The position numbers were made by a program, and so were the translations under genes. Shown one piece after another: positions 56,872-64,000 of a stretch of DNA of 64,000 nt (position 1 is the stretch's first letter; every line of letters begins with the position of its first letter). The stretch lies in assembly GCA_025355465.1 (NCBI GenBank), contig JANXZO010000025.1, positions 6,286 to 70,285 on the forward strand. Reading direction: 5' to 3'. A model generated the notes under the pieces. The model was not told where the DNA came from. It was given only the letters and a program-made list of their open reading frames with translations, and did no database searches. This DNA comes from Bacteroidales bacterium (GTDB lineage Bacteria > Bacteroidota > Bacteroidia > Bacteroidales > FEN-979).

Positions 56872-58176
56872 TTATGCCGCCTGGCGCTCCTTGATAAACA
56901 AAGCACTCACCGCGCCCAGGATCATGCTGACTCCAGCCATCACCAGACATAAAATTGGATTATCTGCAAAGAAATATTTGAGGATTAGTCCGCTTAAAAT
57001 GCCGCTTACAATTTGTGGAATGGTGATCGACATGTTAAACAATCCCATATATACGCCCATCCTGTTTGGTGGTATTGAGCTGGCCAGCATGGCATATGGC
57101 ATGGCCAGGATACTGCCCCAGGCGATGCCGATTCCGACCATCGGAATGATAAGCATATACGGATCAGTGAAAACAAGGAATGACAACAGCGACAAACCTC
57201 CGATACTCAGCGCCAGGGCATGGGTGGCTTTTTTCGAAAAGCGTTTTACAACAACCGGTAGCATCAGGGCGATGATGGCAGAGACGCCATTATAGATGCC
57301 AAACAGGATTCCTACCCAATCGCCTGCCTTCTGAAAAATCAATGAATTGGCATCCGTCGTTCCATAAAACCTGAGGGCCACGGCGGGTGTGGTGTACACC
57401 CACATTGAAAAAAGGGCGAACCATGAAAAAAACTGTACGAGCAGCAATTTAACCATGATCTGAGGGATGATAAATTTTCCCTTTCGCTCTTTTTGATCAT
57501 CTTGTTTTAACTGCTCAGGAGGCAATTCGGAAGTGGAAAAGACGGTCCACAGAATGGTGGAAAGCAATACAAAGGCGCCAACATAGAAAGAATAGGTGAC
57601 GTTGTCGGGAACAAGTCCGTTCGCGCTTGCATTTTTCGATACTCCGAGCCAGTTGCCCAGAATGTACGGAAGCCATGATCCCACGATCGCTCCGATGCCG
57701 ATAAGCATGGTTTGCACAGAAAAACCCAGCGTATGTTGCTTTTCAGGCAGTTTATCTGCCACGAGTGCCCTGAATGGTTCCATGGAAATGTTGATGGATG
57801 CATCCATGATCATCAGTAAGCCACCTCCGATGAACATCGGCGCGATAATACTGGCAAGGTGCGGCGCATTGGGCATCAGAATAAGTGCCAGGCTCGTCAG
57901 GAGTGCGCCGACAAGAAAGTAGGGTCTGCGCCGCCCAAGCCTGCACCATGTTTTGTCGCTGAGGTGTCCGACGATCGGTTGAATAATCATGCCGGTTATG
58001 GGTGCAACTAACCAGAACCAGCTGAGTTGGTGAACGTCGGCGCCGAATGTCATGAGGATTCTCGATGCATTCCCGTTCTGCAAAGCAAATCCGAATTGTA
58101 TGCCTAAAAACCCGAAACTCATGTTCCAGATTTGCCAGAATCCCAAGATTGGCTTCTCTTTCATCAGTTGCATCAA
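56872..58176 (-). CDS. MFS sugar:cation symporter (GPH/SLC45-like), paralogue of 50428-51732
   Basis: 12-TM profile with GHLSDKTWCRLGRRRPYFLVG. Same length (434 aa) as the other copy. Confidence 0.8.
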   Translation of the reverse strand: MMQLMKEKPILGFWQIWNMSFGFLGIQFGFALQNGNASRILMTFGADVHQLSWFWLVAPITGMIIQPIVGHLSDKTWCRLGRRRPYFLVGALLTSLALILMPNAPHLASIIAPMFIGGGLLMIMDASINISMEPFRALVADKLPEKQHTLGFSVQTMLIGIGAIVGSWLPYILGNWLGVSKNASANGLVPDNVTYSFYVGAFVLLSTILWTVFSTSELPPEQLKQDDQKERKGKFIIPQIMVKLLLVQFFSWFALFSMWVYTTPAVALRFYGTTDANSLIFQKAGDWVGILFGIYNGVSAIIALMLPVVVKRFSKKATHALALSIGGLSLLSFLVFTDPYMLIIPMVGIGIAWGSILAMPYAMLASSIPPNRMGVYMGLFNMSITIPQIVSGILSGLILKYFFADNPILCLVMAGVSMILGAVSALFIKERQAA

Positions 58177-58239
58177 TTTTTCTTCTTCCTTGGCTCAAAA
58201 GTAAGAACTTTCCATTACTTTTATGCCAAATTTAATGGT

Positions 58240-58977
58240 ATGAACCGAAATCTTTTATTGATCAGTAACTCAACCAATGCAGGGGAGGAATACCTGTTAT
58301 GGCCGCGTGAATATATCGCCTGTTTTTTAAATAAGTTCGGCGTGAAAAAGGTTCTGTTTATCCCCTACGCAGGGGTGAATCTTGATCCCCGGAGTATTGA
58401 AAAATCTTTCGACGTTTATGAAGAAAGGGTCAGGAAAATATTCAGGGAGATGGGCTTCGAACTCAACTCCATACATCACGAAGCCAATCCGGTAATTGCT
58501 GTCAATGAAGCGGAGTCAATTGTGGTTGGCGGAGGGAATACCTTTCACCTGGCATTGATGATGCAGGAGTTTGGTGTGATGGAGGCAATTCGCCGGAAGA
58601 TTGTCAGGGGAATCCCTTTCGTTGGTTGGAGTGCCGGGGCCAATGTAGCTTGTCCAACTATGAAAACCACCAATGACATGCCCATCTGCGAGCCACCTTC
58701 GTTTAATTGTCTGAAGGTAATCCCGTTTCAGATCAATCCTCACTACCTTGATGCCAATCCCGCCGGGCATGCCGGTGAAACACGCGAACAGCGGTTGTTC
58801 GAGTACCTCGCGGTGAACAGGAATACGACCATTGCCGGCTTAAGAGAAGGATGTCTCTTCTGGATTGAAGGTAATATCATTCAGCTTAAGGGTAAAAGAT
58901 CGCTGAGGGTCTTCCGCTATGGGAAGGAACCGGAAGAGTTTGAGTCAGGATCAGATGTATCCTTCCTGCTCTCCTGA
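58240..58977 (+). CDS. pepE: Dipeptidase E (peptidase S51)
   Basis: MNRNLLLISNSTN...VLFIPYA...IVVGGGNTFHL...PFVGWSAGAN...INPHY matches the PepE/S51 layout, including the Ser nucleophile context GWSAGA. ATG 58240 is preferred over the ORF-track start 58132. Confidence 0.8.
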   Translation: MNRNLLLISNSTNAGEEYLLWPREYIACFLNKFGVKKVLFIPYAGVNLDPRSIEKSFDVYEERVRKIFREMGFELNSIHHEANPVIAVNEAESIVVGGGNTFHLALMMQEFGVMEAIRRKIVRGIPFVGWSAGANVACPTMKTTNDMPICEPPSFNCLKVIPFQINPHYLDANPAGHAGETREQRLFEYLAVNRNTTIAGLREGCLFWIEGNIIQLKGKRSLRVFRYGKEPEEFESGSDVSFLLS

Positions 58978-58981
58978 GGAT

Positions 58982-60601
58982 TTATTGTTTCAGGAATTTG
59001 GCAACACCTTTGCCGTTACGTACATCAGACACCTTCAGGATATAAAATCCGGCCGGAAGCAGCGTCGCATTGAGACGGGTAACGAGGGCAGGTTCCGGCG
59101 ACAGGGAAAATACAGTCCTGCCGGTCAGGTCGCAGATTTCGATCAATTTTACGGGCGCCATGGTTTCGATGGTAAACATCTCTGAAACCGGATTGGGATA
59201 TATCCTTACTGCGTACTCAAGGGTTTCATCAATGCCTACTCCGCCCACTTTGCCAGCCCTCACCATGACTGACTTTCCTGTGGCTGAGTCGCCACCGGCA
59301 GCTTTGGGGATGATCCGGAAGAACAGCCATTTGCCAATGTCCGTTGTGTCAACTGTATAGGTTATCCTCCAGGCGGTATCGATCGGAGTGATATTGGTCC
59401 CGAGCGAATCGATACTTTTGAACCATTGATATTGTGAAATTCCCTCCGGTATTCCATTCACATTCCAATAGGTGTAGGTTCCGGATAAAATTTTGTGGTT
59501 GATCAGATGACCCTGTACAGCCACGTTTGTGACCCATGGCGGTGTGGGAATATTCGGGTTCAGGTTGTTGTACCATTCCAGTGAAACATTCGGAGGCCCT
59601 GTTAATGTGTCGTGGAAAGGATAATAACGGTAAGGTTTGCCCTGCAATTCAGCGGATTGCCAGCTGCCGTTGATGCGGTATTTGAATTTCAGGGAATCCC
59701 TGCGTATGTAACTCGTATCAATAAATGTGGTCAGGGTGTAAACTGTATCGCCATCCACATCGAACAACACATCATTTCCTCCATTGTTGTTAAATGGTCC
59801 TGCAACATCCACAAAATCATTTTCCGGCGAAAACTGATGTGAGTCCACGTAGTAACTCAGGTCTGCCTTAAATGTCATGGGCAACCAGGCCGGATTGATG
59901 TTGTTGAAGAAATTGCTGATCCGGAGTATGGAGTCACGAACACGGATCATCCGGTTGGGTTGGCCGGCAAGTTCCTCTTTCAGACTGCCGGCGTTAATCC
60001 GGTATTTGTATTCTACGATATCACCGGTGTCGAGGGGAACGCCGATCTGGTATTTAAGGGTCGTATCCACGCGTTGCATCTTTACCGGTGTCCAGCTGTT
60101 CATTGTGCCGGCAACCATGACGGAATCAACCGCAGGGTTTAACAGACCTGCTTTTGCTGCATAGGTCATGTTAACGGTGAAAATTGTCAGGTTGAGCGGG
60201 ATGTTATTCCACCATGCATCAATGGTTGTGTGTCTGTTCACAGGCGTAACCGACCGGGTTAAAACCTCCGGAGTGTCGTTGTTTATCCTGAATTTATAAT
60301 GTACGGTAACTCCCGAATCCAGAGCAGGAAGTGTTATGGTGTACACTTCGTCGGGTGAAGGAACCATCACGTTGGCTCCGATGCCCTGGTCGCACACGAT
60401 GTAAACCAGGTCGGTTTCCGGATCGAAAATGTTTTGGGAGACAGCTTTGCTCATATTCACCCGGAATGAAACCGAAAAGGCTGTATCGGCCTTGGCTTCA
60501 GCACTCAGAGGACTTCCTGAAAAAAGAAAAAAACAGGTTGACAGCAGGATCAGCGCAGGTAGTTTGCCGAAATTACCGAGGGTATGGAAGTGAGCGTTCA
60601 T
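58982..60601 (-). CDS. T9SS type-A cargo protein with three repeated beta-sandwich (CBM-like) modules
   Basis: Signal peptide. Three ~90-aa repeats each end in a [YF]K[FY]RIN motif (HYKFRINN, EYKYRINA, KFKYRING). C-terminal IYPNPVSEMFTIE...GFYILKVSD...GVAKFLKQ sorting domain. Confidence 0.65.
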   Translation of the reverse strand: MNAHFHTLGNFGKLPALILLSTCFFLFSGSPLSAEAKADTAFSVSFRVNMSKAVSQNIFDPETDLVYIVCDQGIGANVMVPSPDEVYTITLPALDSGVTVHYKFRINNDTPEVLTRSVTPVNRHTTIDAWWNNIPLNLTIFTVNMTYAAKAGLLNPAVDSVMVAGTMNSWTPVKMQRVDTTLKYQIGVPLDTGDIVEYKYRINAGSLKEELAGQPNRMIRVRDSILRISNFFNNINPAWLPMTFKADLSYYVDSHQFSPENDFVDVAGPFNNNGGNDVLFDVDGDTVYTLTTFIDTSYIRRDSLKFKYRINGSWQSAELQGKPYRYYPFHDTLTGPPNVSLEWYNNLNPNIPTPPWVTNVAVQGHLINHKILSGTYTYWNVNGIPEGISQYQWFKSIDSLGTNITPIDTAWRITYTVDTTDIGKWLFFRIIPKAAGGDSATGKSVMVRAGKVGGVGIDETLEYAVRIYPNPVSEMFTIETMAPVKLIEICDLTGRTVFSLSPEPALVTRLNATLLPAGFYILKVSDVRNGKGVAKFLKQ

Positions 60602-60633
60602 GACACATGATTTTCTGCCACAAAGATAGCAAA

Positions 60634-62667
60634 TTATGCGAAACGCTCGAATACCTGAGCCGTACGGTTGGTGTTATAAACCGAGAGCCGGTGAATTTTT
60701 TCATGTTCGTTGTAGGCTGTGGTGTAGATCACGGAACCATCGATTCGCCCGTGACCGCCGAATTGCGGGTCGTCAGAATTAAGAAGCAGCCGGTAATCGC
60801 CGGGTTCCGGGATGGCAAAAGTGTAATCCGGGATCGAATGGCTGACATGAAAATTGAACACGAAAATCAAGCCCTGTCTGCTGAAAATAACCGTTTTGTT
60901 CTCCTCATCAATGTTAATAAGATCACCATAAACAACATCGAACAGGCTGAATGACCTGATCAGCGAAAGCATTTTTTTGTCAAAGCCTGCCAGATAATGG
61001 TATTTCAGATCCGGGTTCTCGAGCAGCGACCATTGCCGTCGTGCGTACTGGAAACTCCAGTTATTCCCTTCACGGGGAAAATCGATCCAATCGGGGTGAC
61101 CGAATTCGTTTCCCATGAAGTTAAGATAAGACTGACCGCCCAGCGCTATGGTGATCAGCCTTATCATTTTGTGAAGGGCAATTCCGCGGTCGATCCCGGT
61201 GCTATGGTCGCGCTTGCTCATCTTGAAATAAATTTCACTCTGCATCAGTCTGAAGGCAATGGTTTGATCGCCAACCAGCGCCTGATCATGCGATTCGCAG
61301 TAGGCAATAGTGTGGACCTTGGGAAGACGGTTTGTCATCACGTCCCACATCTCATGCATGTTCCAGTCTTCATCCTTGGTCTCCTTAAGGACCCTGATCC
61401 AGTAATCGGGTATTGCCATGCCCAGTCTCCAGTCAAACCCGATACCTCCCTCTTTTACCGGTCTGCATAGTCCCGGCATGCCGGTTACGTCTTCGGCAAT
61501 GGTAATGGCGTGTGGCTTGATTTTTTGTACCAGTGTGTTGGCAAGTTGCAGGTAAACGAGGGCGTCCCACTCGACACCGTGAAAGAAGTACCCATCCAGG
61601 TCCCAGTTTCCGCGGTAACCATGATCGAAATACATCATGGAGGTCACCCCGTCGAAGCGGAATCCATCAAAATGAAACTCTTTCAGCCAGAACTTAATGT
61701 TGGAAAGAAGGAACTGAAGAACCTCCCGTTTTCCGTAGTTGAAACATTTGGAATCCCAGTGCGGGTGGTTGCCGCGTTCACCCGGATGAAAATATTGATC
61801 GTCGGAACCGTCAAACTGATTCAGGCCCTCCATGGTGTTTTTGGCAGCATGCGAGTGGACGAGGTCCATAATGACCGCGATATCCTGTTCGTGGGCTTTT
61901 TTAACAAGATATTTCAGGTCATCCGGGGTTCCGAACCGTGAAGAGACCGCAAAAAAGTTGGTCACATGGTATCCGAAAGAGCCGTAATAGGGATGTTCGG
62001 CGATGGCCATCAGTTGGATCGTGTTGTAGCCTGAATTTTTAATATAGGGTATCAGGTAATCTGCAAATTCGGTAAAAGTGCCAACTCCTTCACGCTCCTG
62101 GGCCATTCCGATGTGACATTCATAGATAAGAAGTTCATGTAACCGGCTCAGGTCAAACCGGTCGCCTTCCCAGTCAAACTTTTTTGCCGGAGCCCACAAC
62201 TGACCTGAGAAATCCAGTGTTGAGGTGTCCTGTACGACCCGTCGTATATACGCTGGTATCTTCTCATGCCATCCCGATTCCGAATGAACCAGTACCTTAA
62301 CCCGTCCAAGATGGGTAAACCTTTCCTTGTATTTGTCGTCAGGAAGGAAAATCTCCCAATTGCCGGAAGCATCCGGCGTGAGACGGTGTGCGTAACGTTG
62401 CCAGTCGTTAAAATCGCCAAAAAGATACAGGTCCTGTGCTTTCGGAGCCCATTCACGATAATGCCAACCTTTGCGTTTCCGGTCGTAATGAAATCCATAA
62501 TGGAGATAGCCATCCGCAAATGCGCTCAGGGTGCCCCATCCCGAATTAATCTCTCCAAGTGTGCCGGTATACCTTTCAAACCTGGCATTAATCTCTTCCG
62601 CAGCAGGTTCCAGCCATGGATCTTCCCTGACAATTGCAAACAGGATGCCTTTATTTGTTTCCATCAT
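60634..62667 (-). CDS. glgB: 1,4-alpha-glucan branching enzyme, eukaryote-like GH13 subfamily
   Basis: N-terminal YREWAPKAQDLYLFGDFNDWQ (CBM48). GH13 regions IAVIMDLVHSHA, FDGFRFDGVTSM, ITIAEDVTG and AYCESHDQA. Its 677-aa length is typical of the Bacteroidota/eukaryotic type. Confidence 0.9.
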   Translation of the reverse strand: MMETNKGILFAIVREDPWLEPAAEEINARFERYTGTLGEINSGWGTLSAFADGYLHYGFHYDRKRKGWHYREWAPKAQDLYLFGDFNDWQRYAHRLTPDASGNWEIFLPDDKYKERFTHLGRVKVLVHSESGWHEKIPAYIRRVVQDTSTLDFSGQLWAPAKKFDWEGDRFDLSRLHELLIYECHIGMAQEREGVGTFTEFADYLIPYIKNSGYNTIQLMAIAEHPYYGSFGYHVTNFFAVSSRFGTPDDLKYLVKKAHEQDIAVIMDLVHSHAAKNTMEGLNQFDGSDDQYFHPGERGNHPHWDSKCFNYGKREVLQFLLSNIKFWLKEFHFDGFRFDGVTSMMYFDHGYRGNWDLDGYFFHGVEWDALVYLQLANTLVQKIKPHAITIAEDVTGMPGLCRPVKEGGIGFDWRLGMAIPDYWIRVLKETKDEDWNMHEMWDVMTNRLPKVHTIAYCESHDQALVGDQTIAFRLMQSEIYFKMSKRDHSTGIDRGIALHKMIRLITIALGGQSYLNFMGNEFGHPDWIDFPREGNNWSFQYARRQWSLLENPDLKYHYLAGFDKKMLSLIRSFSLFDVVYGDLINIDEENKTVIFSRQGLIFVFNFHVSHSIPDYTFAIPEPGDYRLLLNSDDPQFGGHGRIDGSVIYTTAYNEHEKIHRLSVYNTNRTAQVFERFA

Positions 62668-62748
62668 ATTTGATTTCTTTTCTGACGATCTTCACAAATT
62701 TATAAATTCTGTCATGATTTTTGGATGAAAAGGCATTTTGTTTTTCCA

Positions 62749-62756
62749 TATCTTTG
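62749..62756 (+). promoter_or_regulatory. Bacteroidota-type -7 promoter box upstream of the PAS sensor gene
   Basis: TATCTTTG matches TAnnTTTG and lies 20 nt upstream of ATG 62776. Confidence 0.3.
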
Positions 62757-62775
62757 AGTTGCAATATTCCCGGCA

Positions 62776-64000
62776 ATGGAAAAAGACCAAAAAATTTTTA
62801 GGACACCACTGTTTGTTGTATTGCTTTTTTCTAGCCTGATATTATTGCTGTTGCTGGGTGCCCATTTCTATTTTCAGCGGGAGCGAAGGGAGATTAAAGA
62901 CGATCAGCACAGGTTCCTGGCGGTGATCTCATCGTTTAAGGTCAACGAAATTTCTGCATGGATGAACGAACGGAAGGTCGAAGGACGCTTTGTCGCATCC
63001 AACAGGGATTTCCTGACGCTGGTAAAGAAATTGAACACCACACCGGATGATAAAACCCTGCGGGACCAGGTCGAAAGCTGGCTGATACCGGTAAAGAAAA
63101 GTTTCAATTACAGCGCTATCGTTGTGTTCAGCCCGCGGGGCGAGCTTCTGGCTTCTGCATTTGATTCCGCCTTTGAATTCGAGATGCCGGATTCGTCGGC
63201 GCTGCGGATGCACGCAGTGGATTATTTGGCAAACACGGATATCCACAGGAACAGCCGGACCGGCAGCAAGTCGATCACCAGCGCTTACCCACTCTGGCAT
63301 GAAAGGGTCCTGATCGGGTTCGTCCTCTTCGGCACTGACCCGGCAAAAATGCTGTTTCCAATGATCACAAACTGGCCGATTAAAATGGCCACCGGAGAGA
63401 ATCTTCTGATAGAGGTAAATGGCGATACGCTTACTTACCTGGTTGACCGGCCCCAATACAGCAGGGCGCCTTCCTTTCTGCGAAGTCAGACCGGTGATTC
63501 TCTGGCCAAGGCGCTGCCTGCCGGTGGAACACTTGCTATGGTTGAGGCCAATGATTACCGGGGAACCCCGGTATTGGCCGATATAATGCGGATTCCCGGA
63601 ACACGCTGGTCGCTCATTACAAAGATCGACCAGAAGGAGGTATATGCGCCGTTGAGAAGCCGTGCATTCAGCATTTTCCTCTACCTCCTTGCATTTTTTG
63701 CGATATCGGTGGTCAGCGTGCTGTTGATGTGGAAAAACCAGCAACTTCAGTTCTACCGGAATCAATATACCATGCAACAAGCCAGCGTAAAAGCGGAAGG
63801 CAGGATCAAATTTATGTCGGCATTGCTGGAAGAGGTTAATGATGCCATTATCACCTTCGACAAGGATCTGATGATTCAAAGCTGGAATAAGGGGGCAGAA
63901 AAAATTTACGGCTGGACGGCAGAAGATGTAGTGGGTAAATACAGCGGTGGCTCGCTCCGGATCGATTTCTCAAAAGCGTCGCGGGAGGCTGTTTTCAAGG
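62776..64000 (+). CDS. 5'-partial sensor protein: TM - extracytoplasmic sensing domain - TM - PAS (probably a histidine kinase continuing beyond the window)
   Basis: I translated frame 1 from ATG 62776 to the window end and found no stop (408 codons). TM1 is PLFVVLLFSSLILLLLLGAHF. A ~250-aa loop follows. TM2 is FSIFLYLLAFFAISVVSVLLMW. Then a PAS start (LLEEVNDAIITFDKDLMIQSWNKGAEKIYGWTAEDVVGK). It is missing from the ORF track because it has no stop codon in the window. Confidence 0.7.
   Translation, partial: MEKDQKIFRTPLFVVLLFSSLILLLLLGAHFYFQRERREIKDDQHRFLAVISSFKVNEISAWMNERKVEGRFVASNRDFLTLVKKLNTTPDDKTLRDQVESWLIPVKKSFNYSAIVVFSPRGELLASAFDSAFEFEMPDSSALRMHAVDYLANTDIHRNSRTGSKSITSAYPLWHERVLIGFVLFGTDPAKMLFPMITNWPIKMATGENLLIEVNGDTLTYLVDRPQYSRAPSFLRSQTGDSLAKALPAGGTLAMVEANDYRGTPVLADIMRIPGTRWSLITKIDQKEVYAPLRSRAFSIFLYLLAFFAISVVSVLLMWKNQQLQFYRNQYTMQQASVKAEGRIKFMSALLEEVNDAIITFDKDLMIQSWNKGAEKIYGWTAEDVVGKYSGGSLRIDFSKASREAVFK

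Overview
This is a Bacteroidota-type chromosomal segment. The evidence is SusC/SusD genes, T9SS sorting domains, PorP/SprF, TAnnTTTG-like -7 promoter boxes and A-rich leaders instead of Shine-Dalgarno sites. All calls rest on reading the supplied translations and DNA; no searches were run.

Contents from left to right:
- A cyclase-like gene fragment, a ZIP metal transporter and tRNA-Leu(GAG).
- A REC-PAS histidine kinase and a sigma-54 (NtrC-type) activator, followed by a near-consensus -24/-12 promoter. That promoter precedes a three-gene surface module: a secreted protein, a T9SS type-B cargo protein and PorP/SprF.
- tRNA-Leu(CAG), a DUF421 gene, and an outer-membrane-like gene split by an in-frame TAG.
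- An unassigned three-gene operon: a polytopic membrane protein, a LamG-SH3-TM-zinc-ribbon protein, and a 1022-aa protein with five 46-aa repeats, an acidic linker, TPRs and two CbbX/SpoVK-type AAA+ modules. This is my best candidate for an undescribed system.
- A TPR-AraC regulator, an SRPBCC protein, lpxD, and a membrane protein plus TPR protein pair.
- A four-gene RND efflux operon that ends with an OmpL-like porin.
- A frameshifted IS110-family transposase.
- An orphan 860-aa secreted protein.
- A roughly 28-kb alpha-glucan utilisation locus: susC/D/E/F-like genes, five GH13 genes, GH77 malQ, a branching enzyme, two MFS importers and three T9SS-tailed proteins. Its SusF-like gene is also interrupted by an in-frame TAG.
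- A 5'-partial PAS sensor gene that runs off the right edge.
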